From contig JALSLQ010000009.1 of assembly GCA_026988235.1 (NCBI GenBank), positions 5,992 through 69,991 on the forward strand: DNA of 64,000 bases, written 5' to 3'. Both the position numbers and the translations under genes were made by a program. Each line of letters opens with the position of its first letter. The stretch's first letter is position 1. The notes beneath the pieces are model-generated. The model had not been told where the DNA came from. It saw nothing but the letters and a program-made list of their open reading frames with translations, and searched no databases. The stretch comes from Sulfurimonas sp. (GTDB lineage: Bacteria > Campylobacterota > Campylobacteria > Campylobacterales > Sulfurimonadaceae). Shown here in pieces: positions 37,126 through 46,589 of the stretch.

Positions 37126-37149
37126 AGAAGAGTATATAAATACTCCTCT
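37126..37149. terminator. Hairpin between convergent yebC and the T2SS-F gene (10-bp stem AGAAGAGTAT/ATACTCCTCT with 1 mismatch, 4-nt loop)
   Basis: Inverted repeat read directly. Only short T-runs follow it. Confidence 0.4.
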
Positions 37150-37177
37150 TTATAAACTTAAGCACAAATGCCTAGAA

Positions 37178-38425
37178 TCATCCTGCACCTTGAACAGCAT
37201 TCCCAAGATTCCACATAGGTAAGAATATACCAAGTGCCAATAAAATAACCATGGATGCTATGATAAGTAACATAATAGGCTCAATTGCTTCACTCAATCC
37301 GTCGATAATCGCATCAAATCTCATTTTATAATATTCAGCGACTTTTTTAATCATAGTATCTAATGTACCACTGTCTTCACCAGCACGTACCATTTGTATA
37401 ATCATATTTTCAAAAAGATGTGTCTCTTCAAGACCTTTATTAAGAGTCCCCCCTTTTTTAACGGTGTTTATTACTGATTGCAATTTTCTTTTAAGAGGTA
37501 GATTGTCTACCATTGATGTTGATGTATCTAAGGCTTCAGCTATAGGAATGCCGGCACGAATAAGTTCAGAAAATACTAAGGTAAATCTACTTAAAGTTGC
37601 GAATTTAATAATGTTCTTAATTAGGTACACTTTGAGTAAAAATTTATGCCAACCATATCGTATATGTTCGTAGTTGTTGATTAAATATTTAAATATTATA
37701 AAAGCGATGGCTAATCCAGCTAATACATATGGGCCATAATTGTTAAAAATATATTCAAGTTTCATTAGAATTATTGTAGGTAAAGGCAACTCTGCATGAA
37801 GTTGTTCAAAAATACTTTTAAACTTTGGAACAACATAAGATATTAAAATAGTAAATGCTACAGCCATAGCAATCATAACATTCCTAGGGTATGCCATTGC
37901 TTTTTTAAATTTAATAACATTGGCTCGTATTTCTTCAAGCATATTTGCTAAAGAATATAAAGCTTCATCTAAATTACCAGTTTTTTCTCCAAGTTCGACC
38001 ATTGCAATAGCTAAGTTACCAAGTTCATAACGAAAGTTTTGCATTGCAGATGAAATTGAGTGTCCTGCATTAATATCTTCTGCAACTTTTGAGAAGACAA
38101 ATTTTAATGCTTCATCCGTTGTGGCACTTGCAATTTCACTGAGTGAATCATGTATAGAAATACCTGCGTTTGTCATAACCGCCAATTGTCTAATTGCTGC
38201 AATAAGTGCGTCAGGTTTTATTTTTCGTTTTTTGATATTCGATAAAAAAGTTGTTTTAAACCTCTTTAGTTGTACCTCAAGAGGTTCTTGAGCTTCTGCA
38301 ACTTTAATAATAATACCGGAAAATTTTAATTTAGCATAACTATTCGCTTCTTTTCTGTTCTCAGCATAAAGCCCAATTTCTTCTTTTTTTCCTTTTGTTA
38401 GAACAGTTGCTACAAAATATTTCAT
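37178..38425 (-). CDS. ctsF: Type II secretion / type IV pilus platform protein F (CtsF-like)
   Basis: Two GspF/PilC repeats and 3 TM segments, directly downstream of the GspE ATPase gene. The gene order matches the Campylobacter jejuni cts locus. Confidence 0.75.
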   Translation of the reverse strand: MKYFVATVLTKGKKEEIGLYAENRKEANSYAKLKFSGIIIKVAEAQEPLEVQLKRFKTTFLSNIKKRKIKPDALIAAIRQLAVMTNAGISIHDSLSEIASATTDEALKFVFSKVAEDINAGHSISSAMQNFRYELGNLAIAMVELGEKTGNLDEALYSLANMLEEIRANVIKFKKAMAYPRNVMIAMAVAFTILISYVVPKFKSIFEQLHAELPLPTIILMKLEYIFNNYGPYVLAGLAIAFIIFKYLINNYEHIRYGWHKFLLKVYLIKNIIKFATLSRFTLVFSELIRAGIPIAEALDTSTSMVDNLPLKRKLQSVINTVKKGGTLNKGLEETHLFENMIIQMVRAGEDSGTLDTMIKKVAEYYKMRFDAIIDGLSEAIEPIMLLIIASMVILLALGIFLPMWNLGNAVQGAG

Positions 38426-40173
38426 CCTTTTGCCACCTTTAATATTTCTTCTATACTAGTTATTCCATCAATAGCTTTTTGAATACCATTTTGAAAAAGT
38501 CCTATAAACCCTTCTTTTGTTGCTTGATCTAGTATCTGCTCTTTTGATGCTCCTTTTGCAATCAGTGAAGAGAGTTCTTCTGAAATATTGAGCACTTCAC
38601 ATATCATCTCTCTTCCCATATAGCCTGTATCCGCACACTCTTTACAGCCTTTTCCTTTATAAAAAATTGTACCTTCTGGAATAACACCGTCTATCTCTTC
38701 TAAAACAGATGCAGAGAGTACATCTTCTGCTTTGCAGTGGGTACATATTTTTCGAACGAGTCTTTGTGCTTGAATTGCTACAAGAGCACCACTGATTAGA
38801 TAATGCTCTATTCCCATATCGACCATACGAGGTATTGCACTAATGGCATCATTTGTATGCAGTGTTGAAATAACCATATGTCCTGTGAGCGCTGCTTTAA
38901 TAGCTATCTCAAGGGTTTCTTGATCACGAATCTCGCCAATCATAATCTTGTCTGGATCTTGCCTTAGAATTGATCGGAGTGCATCAGCAAAACTAAGACC
39001 GATTTTTGCATTAACCTGTACCTGCTGAATAAGGTTCATTCTATATTCAACAGGATCTTCAACTGTAATTACTTTGTCTTCTACATTTCTTAACTCATTT
39101 AATGCACCATATAAAGTAGTTGTTTTACCACTTCCTGTCGGTCCGGTAACTAAAATAATTCCATAGGGTGTTTGGAGACCTTTGAGCAGTTTTTGGTAAC
39201 TAATGGAGTCCATTCCTGCATCTTCTAGTCGTACAAGTGCTTTTTGTTTATCTAAAACACGCATAACAATTGATTCACCGTAAAGTATGGGAAGTGTGGA
39301 TATACGAAAGTCATATTCTTTTGCCGCAACTGAAGTGGAGAATCGACCGTCTTGTGGTTTTCTTTTCTCTGCGATATCTAAGTTGGCAAGAAGTTTAAGC
39401 CTAGAAGCCAAAGGTGGATAAATATCTTTTTCAAAAATAAACATTTCTGTGAGTTTCCCATCTACACGACCTCTTACTACGCAGTTTTTTTCAGTAGGTT
39501 CAATATGAACATCACTTGATCTGGCATTAATACATGTTTTTAGAACAACATCAATAAGGAGTAAAATGGAGGATGCCTCTTGTTGTTCTTCTATAGAACT
39601 GATAGAGTTGAGTTCATCGCGTATCTTTTTAACCAAATCTTTAATACTGTCTTTGAGACCAATCTTATAAAGATAAGAAAGTATTTGTTTTTTTGTAGCT
39701 AGTGCAATCTTAAGAAGTTTTCTTGGGAAGAGTCTTTGAATCGCTTCTTGTGCATCCATATCTAAGGGATCATCAAAGGCAACAGTGACACTCATGTCAT
39801 CTTGAGATATTGGAATTGCATTATGTTTTTCAAGCTGAGTAAGGGGCACCCTTTCTATAAGGTTATAATCCATATCAATGGAATCAAGATCTAAAAAAAT
39901 GAGTTCGAGTTCTTGTGCTAGTTTTTCAAGAACTGCTTTTTCTTGTATATAGTCATAATTGTCAATTATAGAAAGATTATATGTACCTTCTCTAATTTGC
40001 TGCACAATAAACCTGATAAGCCGTTCCATAGTCATGAAGCCAGAGAGAGTAATATCTCTTAGTATCAGATTTTCATTAATACCTTTTGATAAAAGTCTCT
40101 CTACCTGTCCCTTCATTATAGAACCGTTAGCAAGTAAGTCTGTTGTTATTCTATCCACAATAACTCCTACCAA
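38422..40173 (-). CDS. ctsE: GspE/PilB-family secretion ATPase (CtsE-like)
   Basis: Walker A GPTGSGKTTT, Asp box, Walker B (IMIGEIRD), His box (LSTLHTN), and a tetracysteine motif (CTHCK...CKEC). Confidence 0.9.
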   Translation of the reverse strand: MVGVIVDRITTDLLANGSIMKGQVERLLSKGINENLILRDITLSGFMTMERLIRFIVQQIREGTYNLSIIDNYDYIQEKAVLEKLAQELELIFLDLDSIDMDYNLIERVPLTQLEKHNAIPISQDDMSVTVAFDDPLDMDAQEAIQRLFPRKLLKIALATKKQILSYLYKIGLKDSIKDLVKKIRDELNSISSIEEQQEASSILLLIDVVLKTCINARSSDVHIEPTEKNCVVRGRVDGKLTEMFIFEKDIYPPLASRLKLLANLDIAEKRKPQDGRFSTSVAAKEYDFRISTLPILYGESIVMRVLDKQKALVRLEDAGMDSISYQKLLKGLQTPYGIILVTGPTGSGKTTTLYGALNELRNVEDKVITVEDPVEYRMNLIQQVQVNAKIGLSFADALRSILRQDPDKIMIGEIRDQETLEIAIKAALTGHMVISTLHTNDAISAIPRMVDMGIEHYLISGALVAIQAQRLVRKICTHCKAEDVLSASVLEEIDGVIPEGTIFYKGKGCKECADTGYMGREMICEVLNISEELSSLIAKGASKEQILDQATKEGFIGLFQNGIQKAIDGITSIEEILKVAKG

Positions 40174-40712
40174 TATACATGTCGTTTTAAAATTATTGTA
40201 TCATAATACTCTTCAATAACCATTTTACTAATTTTATAATCTTTGGAAATATAAAGCTTATAGCTAAGCTTCGGATCTTTTGAATCTTCAAACAGATAAA
40301 AAGCTCTTGGCTCATGTTTGCCGAGCTTTGTGTATAAATCAAAAACTTTAGATAAAACATAATCAGTTGAAGGTAAAATATATTGAGATAAATCATATCC
40401 ATCAATAAGTGCATGGTATAAAAGCTTTTTTTGCATTAGAATAACTGCAAAATAAGCTGAATTTGCACGAGATTCTTTTGAAAATCTGAGTGTTACTATC
40501 GGAATTGCTAACCTATCTACATAGTCTGCATTGAGACATCCAAATGCATATAAATTAACAAATTCTTCATCTTTCTTGTACTTTTGAAAATTTCTAAAAC
40601 CTATACTGCAGACTTTTTCATATTTTTTATTTTGATATAAAGTAAATAAATTTTGTTTGATGTCATAGGCATAAAGGTTATAAGCAAGTATAAAAAGTAT
40701 AATTAATTTCAT
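40167..40712 (-). CDS. Hypothetical secreted protein inside the cts-like cluster
   Basis: Signal peptide. Overlapped starts and stops with both neighbours. No recognisable family. Confidence 0.5.
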   Translation of the reverse strand: MKLIILFILAYNLYAYDIKQNLFTLYQNKKYEKVCSIGFRNFQKYKKDEEFVNLYAFGCLNADYVDRLAIPIVTLRFSKESRANSAYFAVILMQKKLLYHALIDGYDLSQYILPSTDYVLSKVFDLYTKLGKHEPRAFYLFEDSKDPKLSYKLYISKDYKISKMVIEEYYDTIILKRHVYW

Positions 40713-41518
40713 TTAAATCTTCCTGATGTGATTTCATTTAAAAGTATTTCAGCATTACTTGAGTGCGAAACCTTTATGTACTCTTTTAGTGTCTGAATTG
40801 CTTTATCTTTTTTATGAAGTTTTACGAGTGATTTTGCGAAGACAATCCAACTAGCTTCTATATTAGAATTAATTTGATTGGTAATTAAAGCATAATTATA
40901 CGATTGTCCATAATTTCCAAGTTCATAATATTTTTTCGCAACAAACAGGCTCAGTGCAGGATTATTGTTATTTTTAAAACGCTTAATAATTTCGTAAATA
41001 TCATTTTTTGTCTCTTTTCTCTCAATTGTAATAACAACTTTAGGTTCTTTTTTTGTGGGAGTAACTTCAGGTGTAATATCTTGAATGACTTCTTGTATTA
41101 TTTTTGGTTTTACTTTTTTGCGTATTTTTTTTGCAGTTGGTCGTTTTTTTGGATTCTGTTGTTTGATATATTGTGGTTGTGCAGATGTATGTTGAATATT
41201 TTGCATAAAGTCCATTGATGGTTGCAGTGTTTGAATTTCTTTGTTTAGAGGAACCTTTTGTATTATCAGAGATTTTTTTGTTGTTATATTTTTTATGGCT
41301 GGTATAGTCTTATTTTCTTCTTTAGTAACTGCTATCGGTGGTAAATTTTTCTTTTGAATTATTGATTTATGTAGTAGAACATTAGCATTGTCGTTTGTGT
41401 AAAAAATATATACTATAGGAATACTTATGAATAAAATCATTGTTATAATGAAATAAGGTAAAAATGATTTTATTTTATAACTTTTCCAACGCTTTTCTAA
41501 ATCATGAACATTAAGCAT
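40709..41518 (-). CDS. Bitopic membrane protein with Lys/Pro-rich linker and TPR-like C-terminus (positional equivalent of CtsX)
   Basis: One TM near residue 25, a basic low-complexity linker, and a helical-repeat C-terminus. Assigned by position only. Confidence 0.4.
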   Translation of the reverse strand: MLNVHDLEKRWKSYKIKSFLPYFIITMILFISIPIVYIFYTNDNANVLLHKSIIQKKNLPPIAVTKEENKTIPAIKNITTKKSLIIQKVPLNKEIQTLQPSMDFMQNIQHTSAQPQYIKQQNPKKRPTAKKIRKKVKPKIIQEVIQDITPEVTPTKKEPKVVITIERKETKNDIYEIIKRFKNNNNPALSLFVAKKYYELGNYGQSYNYALITNQINSNIEASWIVFAKSLVKLHKKDKAIQTLKEYIKVSHSSNAEILLNEITSGRFK

Positions 41519-42320
41519 TGATAAGTCCTGTATGAATTGCAGCCATTTCTACAAATTTATTTGGTATGTGGGTCGTGTTAAATGGATATATATGGCTACT
41601 CTGCTCATATGTAATATAAATATCAAATAAGGTATATAGGAGCTTATTTGTGTCCCTATAGTTTCCCTTTGTAAGTTTATATATTTTATTTACAGTTTTT
41701 GTGCTAAACATATTTGCAGTATCAAAACAGTTTGCTTTCATAAGTTTTTTTTGTATATAAATTTTTAATTCTGAATTTGAAGCATTTACAAGTTCAATAG
41801 TTTCCCAAATTCTAGTTTTGAAATGCTCTTTAGCTATCAAATCTTCTTTTTCCGTCTTGTGCAGAGTAATAATAAATTTAATACTTCTAGTATCAGATAA
41901 AAGTCTTATTTTTTCCATTAAAGCTTCAGAATAAAGTTGTGCTTCATCTAGTAAAATAATGGGAGTTTGTTTTGTTTTTTTATCTTTTACAATTTTCATA
42001 AATTGTGTAAAGTTTAATTCATCATTGTATTTTATATTAAATATATCTTGCGCAAGTGTCTTATAAAATTCATTTTCATCTAAAATAGGCGTTTGATAGA
42101 GATAAATATTGTTTTCTTCAGACAAATCGCTATAAAGTTTTGTCAAAAACATACTTTTTCCTGTTCCGGGTTTTCCATACAAGAGTATCATTTTCAGAGG
42201 TTTTTTTATTGAATCTTTTAAAGATTGATATATAGTAGATACTCTATCCAACTGTATATAATCTTTTACATTCACTGTATCTAAGAAAACATTTTTTGAA
42301 TTTACAAAGATACTATCCAT
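41511..42320 (-). CDS. ctsP: AAA-type NTPase, ExeA/CtsP-like
   Basis: Walker A GKPGTGKS and Walker B ILLDEAQ. Positioned between the secretin and the membrane partner, as in the C. jejuni cts locus. Confidence 0.65.
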   Translation of the reverse strand: MDSIFVNSKNVFLDTVNVKDYIQLDRVSTIYQSLKDSIKKPLKMILLYGKPGTGKSMFLTKLYSDLSEENNIYLYQTPILDENEFYKTLAQDIFNIKYNDELNFTQFMKIVKDKKTKQTPIILLDEAQLYSEALMEKIRLLSDTRSIKFIITLHKTEKEDLIAKEHFKTRIWETIELVNASNSELKIYIQKKLMKANCFDTANMFSTKTVNKIYKLTKGNYRDTNKLLYTLFDIYITYEQSSHIYPFNTTHIPNKFVEMAAIHTGLINA

Positions 42321-42323
42321 ATG

Positions 42324-43958
42324 CTATTTACCTTCTTCCTTTTTATCGCCTTGATTTAATTTGATTTCTTTTTTCTTTTTTGAAGTGGGTTTTAGTGTGA
42401 GTAAGTCATCACTAAGACCTTCATATCCTAAATCGCTCAAAGAGATTGAATTTTTCTCTTTATGAATAATATGAGGTTCCATTATAATCACAAGTTCCTC
42501 AACAGTTTTTACTGTTTCTTCGTGCTTAAACAAATACCCAAGAATAGGAATACTACCTAAGATTGGCACTTGGCTAGTATCACTAGTGTTTTTGGAAGTA
42601 ATTAAACCACCAAGTATAATTCTATTTCCGTCTTTTACTGTAACCACCGAAGATAACTGGCGACGATTTAAATCTGGTGGCATATCTCTTCCCGCATTGG
42701 AAGTTTTGGAAATATCTGTTGTAGTTTCGGATAAAGAAGGATTGATTTTAAGGGTAATTGTCTTATCGTCAGAAATTTCAGGAGTAATTGTTAAAAGAAC
42801 ACCAGCGAATACAGATTGAACAGAGTCATTCTGTGTTGTTGCCGCTACTCCACCACCTGTGCCCTGCTGATTTGTCGATGAAAGAATCTTATAAAAATAT
42901 TCAGTTCCTGATGTGATTAATGCAGGTTGATTATTTAAAGTTAAAACTTTAGGATTAGATATAGATTTTACATCGCCTTGTGTTTTTAAAAACTTGATAA
43001 CTTCACTAAGTTGTCCACTAGCACTCATTGTTAATAACTTTGATGCTCCTAGACCTGTTGCTGCTGTATCTGTAATAATTCCGTCTGCAGGTATAGTGGT
43101 ACTTATATTGTTATAGTTTGCCGTACTTGCGGAGAGTTTTATATTTTGCAGAGCATAAAGTTGTTTCCAGTCTATACCTGTAGATTTCCCTTTACTCATT
43201 GTTACTGATAAAAGTTGCACATCTATAAGTACTTGAAGCTTTACTTTGTCTTGAAGCTTTTTCAAATAGCTTGCAAAGCGCGTTAATTGTTTATCTGTGG
43301 CTGTGACAGTGATGAGTCCTGCATTCTTGTTTATAATTGGAGCAGGAGCCTTATATAAATCATGTGGGCGGTTTAAAATACTTTGAAATTCAGTATCGAG
43401 CTGTTCCCAAAATTTGACTTCATCAGAACTTTCAATTTTTATACCTGTGTCTGATGTAGAGTTACCTCCTTTTGCAGATCCTGCACCAGCTCCTTGAGAA
43501 GTTGCAGATCCTCCTGCCCCTCCTGCATTAGCTACTCCACCTTGTTGCGTGTTAGAAGATGAATTGAGTGTAACATCCGTGCTACCGGTACTTTTTCTTT
43601 GTGAAAGTATATAATCGATATTGAATACTTTCGTTTTTATATAAGAGATTTTTAGTAGATTATTTTCAAGTGTATATGAAAGATTATGCTCCGTCAAAAT
43701 AATATTTAACACTTCATTTATAGTCAAATTTTTTAAGTTTGTTTTGTTTAACTTAGTTTTTAAAAATTTTTCGGCATTAGGGTCAGTAACTATAACACTA
43801 AATCCACATTCATCACTAAGTTGATCTATGAAATCAACTATTTTAGTGTTTTTTGCAGAACTGATATTAAAAAGTTCATAAGAACAGTCGGCAAAACTAC
43901 TTGTTGAAAGTATAACGGTAAGTATAGCCGTGTAAAGTGATGTTTTTATAAATTTCAT
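42324..43958 (-). CDS. ctsD: Secretin (GspD/PilQ family; CtsD-like)
   Basis: Signal peptide, a Gly/Ser/Ala-rich linker, and a C-terminal secretin domain (VTVKDGNRIILGGLI...VPILGSIPILGYLFK). Confidence 0.85.
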   Translation of the reverse strand: MKFIKTSLYTAILTVILSTSSFADCSYELFNISSAKNTKIVDFIDQLSDECGFSVIVTDPNAEKFLKTKLNKTNLKNLTINEVLNIILTEHNLSYTLENNLLKISYIKTKVFNIDYILSQRKSTGSTDVTLNSSSNTQQGGVANAGGAGGSATSQGAGAGSAKGGNSTSDTGIKIESSDEVKFWEQLDTEFQSILNRPHDLYKAPAPIINKNAGLITVTATDKQLTRFASYLKKLQDKVKLQVLIDVQLLSVTMSKGKSTGIDWKQLYALQNIKLSASTANYNNISTTIPADGIITDTAATGLGASKLLTMSASGQLSEVIKFLKTQGDVKSISNPKVLTLNNQPALITSGTEYFYKILSSTNQQGTGGGVAATTQNDSVQSVFAGVLLTITPEISDDKTITLKINPSLSETTTDISKTSNAGRDMPPDLNRRQLSSVVTVKDGNRIILGGLITSKNTSDTSQVPILGSIPILGYLFKHEETVKTVEELVIIMEPHIIHKEKNSISLSDLGYEGLSDDLLTLKPTSKKKKEIKLNQGDKKEEGK

Positions 43959-43967
43959 TTGAGATCC

Positions 43968-44414
43968 CTACTTATTGTTGATTTTTATTTTTTTACTTCT
44001 ACTGACTGTGGAAAGAAGAAGTTTTTTGTTTTTTCGAATTAACAGAACAGATTTTCTGTCAACCTTAACTAATTTATAGCCATACATGTAACTACCCTGC
44101 TTGTACCATTTCCCATTAATCATTGCTGATTTATTCAAAATTGCATCAAGGCTAAAGTGAATAGTTCTTCGTTTAATAGTCTTTTTATATCTCGAATAGG
44201 AAACAGGAGATATTCCTTTTTTTGCCCCTGATAATTTTGAATTATCATTTTTATGTAAGAAAATAAAAGGATTTTTAATTTTAGAAATTTCTTGTAATGA
44301 AACTCCAATTCTTGCCGGTTTAATTGCTTCAACTTGCTCATCAACCCATGTCAACTCATTTGAGAATAGCTGTGTGGCTATGAGGAGTATTAAAAGTGAG
44401 TATAAATTTTTCAT
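43968..44414 (-). CDS. Hypothetical exported protein upstream of the secretin (PilP-position)
   Basis: Signal peptide from the ATG at 44414, which overlaps the upstream stop (TAATG). Basic C-terminus. Assigned by position only. Confidence 0.4.
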   Translation of the reverse strand: MKNLYSLLILLIATQLFSNELTWVDEQVEAIKPARIGVSLQEISKIKNPFIFLHKNDNSKLSGAKKGISPVSYSRYKKTIKRRTIHFSLDAILNKSAMINGKWYKQGSYMYGYKLVKVDRKSVLLIRKNKKLLLSTVSRSKKIKINNK

Positions 44415-45046
44415 TAGTATGTAATCCCCCATACTGAGATATTTAAATCAGAATCAAGACCTTGCTCTGCTTTAATATCAAAGTCATGTATATCTACTAC
44501 CAATTCACTTTGTTCGAGTGAGTTAATAAACTTTAAAGTATTTTTATAATCTGCCACTGATTTGATAGTAATATCTAAAATATGTCCAAATGAACTTTCT
44601 GTTTGTGCATATTTATTAGTTAAAGTAATCAATTTAACATCATATTTTTGAGCATTTTTGGTGATAGAATCTAGGTATTCACCCCATGCGCGTTCATCAT
44701 ATATTAAAGATGAAATTGTCTCAATTTTACTTTTTATATATGCATTTGTATCTTTTAATGCAATAATTTCATTATTTACCTTCTTGATTTCTCTTTCAAG
44801 TTGTACAATTTTGGCTTTTGGGTTGCGCTGTAAAAATGCTTGATCCATAGTTATTTTAGTCTGAAGGCTATTTACACTTGCCCTTGTTTGTTCAAACTTT
44901 TCAAATGAACTGTTCCAAAAAAGAAGATAAGCAAATGCAAAAATAACACCTACAACCATAATATAAGTCAGATATGTATCTTTTTGACTTTTATCTTTAA
45001 AAGCTACATCTATTCTATGGAGATAATCTTCAATATTTATTTTCAT
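44414..45046 (-). CDS. Bitopic coiled-coil protein (PilO-like architecture)
   Basis: One TM, a coiled coil and a small C-terminal domain. Overlapped with both neighbours. Confidence 0.4.
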   Translation of the reverse strand: MKINIEDYLHRIDVAFKDKSQKDTYLTYIMVVGVIFAFAYLLFWNSSFEKFEQTRASVNSLQTKITMDQAFLQRNPKAKIVQLEREIKKVNNEIIALKDTNAYIKSKIETISSLIYDERAWGEYLDSITKNAQKYDVKLITLTNKYAQTESSFGHILDITIKSVADYKNTLKFINSLEQSELVVDIHDFDIKAEQGLDSDLNISVWGITY

Positions 45047-46578
45047 AATATTTTCACCTTTAACTCACTAAAGTACTTGTTTGTTTTTGCATCAAAAGTG
45101 ATTTCTTCTAATGTAAACTTATATTTTCCTTCATGAATTTTAGTTACATACTCAACAAGTTGAGTAATTTTTCTATCCTTATCTGAAACTAAATAAAGTG
45201 TTAGTGTTTTTTCTTTATTTTGCTGATCATACTTGGTTTCTTCAACATGCACACCATATTTATTTAAATCTTTTGTGAACATTGTTAAAAGTTTTGCTTT
45301 CATTGGATAGTCAACTTTAACCTCATGAATTTTTACAAGTGTATTTTTTTTGTCTGTGTATTCTTTTTTTTCTGTGGCAAGAAGTTTTAGAACCTTTTGC
45401 TTATCTGCTTGTCTATTTTTTATTGTGGCTTCTCTAGTGATTTTATTATTATGAAGTTCTTGATACTTCTGCTGGAGTAAATCTTCTTGTAAAGCTTGAG
45501 CATAAGTTAATACCCAATAGGTAATAGGGTATGCAAAAGCAAGTGAAAATGAAGCAAGCATTAAAATTATGAGTTTACCACTTGCTCGTTTTATGAATTT
45601 AGGGGGGCGTTTGTACTCAGTAAAATTACATTCATATTTTTCATCTCGTGACAATGTTGTATAAAGATGCATAAGTGCATGTAATTGATCGATATATATA
45701 TTGTCAGTTTCAAATCCGTAATCGAATTCAAATTCACTTGATTTTATATTTAACTCAACTTCTAACATCTCATAAAGTTTAGTTACTGTTGGAAGTTGTG
45801 CTCCAATGTAGACCTGTTCAAATTTTTCAATTTCAAAAGCTCTTTTTGCATAGGTAAGAATATCATTGATGTTTGCAAAAAATTCTTTGTAAAGACGAAT
45901 GAAAAATTCTTTATATTCACTGGTAGTTTCTTTTAAATTTTCTTGAGAGAAAAAATGTATAAACTCTTCATACTCGATTCTCTCACCATGCAGTTCGCAA
46001 AAGCGTTCATGCATTTCTAAAAGTGAATATTTTAATGATTTTGTGTAAATAAATTCTTTATTTCCATAAATAGTCAAAAAAGCATCATTTTCTTGAATAT
46101 ATATGAAACAATGCACTCCATTGCTATCAATTAATTCTTTTGAATAGAGTGACTTTATTAACAAAGGAGAAGGAATGATGACATCTACATATTTTATTTC
46201 TTCGACTATTTTTAAAAAAGTATTTGTTATGTCTAAAGGGTCTACAATGAAAACATGAAAATATCTGTTTTCTTCATCAAGGGTATTAAATGTTTCTATA
46301 TATTGAATTTTATATTCAACTGCTTGGTCAAGTGCTAATTCATCATATGCTTTGTTATTAATAGCATCAAATAAGTCTTCTTGAGGAATATTTTTGCTGA
46401 TTTCAATCTGAGCATTTATAAATTCTTTTGTGCTTATATATGAAATAACAAACTGGTCTTTTGAAAATTTTGGTGTTGTTGTTTCACTTATGAAACTTGA
46501 TATACCACTAAAGTATGTCTCTTTGTATGGGTTAACAGACAATACGCTTGAGAAAGAGTGTTGTGTTGATGTGCTCAT
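45043..46578 (-). CDS. Large cytoplasmic domain plus TM plus periplasmic domain protein (PilM/PilN-like architecture)
   Basis: 511 aa with a single TM near residue 340. First gene of the assembly-platform-like trio. No motif-level support. Confidence 0.4.
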   Translation of the reverse strand: MSTSTQHSFSSVLSVNPYKETYFSGISSFISETTTPKFSKDQFVISYISTKEFINAQIEISKNIPQEDLFDAINNKAYDELALDQAVEYKIQYIETFNTLDEENRYFHVFIVDPLDITNTFLKIVEEIKYVDVIIPSPLLIKSLYSKELIDSNGVHCFIYIQENDAFLTIYGNKEFIYTKSLKYSLLEMHERFCELHGERIEYEEFIHFFSQENLKETTSEYKEFFIRLYKEFFANINDILTYAKRAFEIEKFEQVYIGAQLPTVTKLYEMLEVELNIKSSEFEFDYGFETDNIYIDQLHALMHLYTTLSRDEKYECNFTEYKRPPKFIKRASGKLIILMLASFSLAFAYPITYWVLTYAQALQEDLLQQKYQELHNNKITREATIKNRQADKQKVLKLLATEKKEYTDKKNTLVKIHEVKVDYPMKAKLLTMFTKDLNKYGVHVEETKYDQQNKEKTLTLYLVSDKDRKITQLVEYVTKIHEGKYKFTLEEITFDAKTNKYFSELKVKIL

Positions 46579-46589
46579 TGACTATAATC

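Noticed and set aside
45602-45607. G6 homopolymer (C6 on the coding strand) inside the 511-aa cts-associated gene, as a possible phase-variation tract
   Set aside because: It is shorter than the tracts of about 8 or more G/C that I associate with slipped-strand switching in Campylobacter and Helicobacter. Other long runs in the window are A/T runs expected from base composition.
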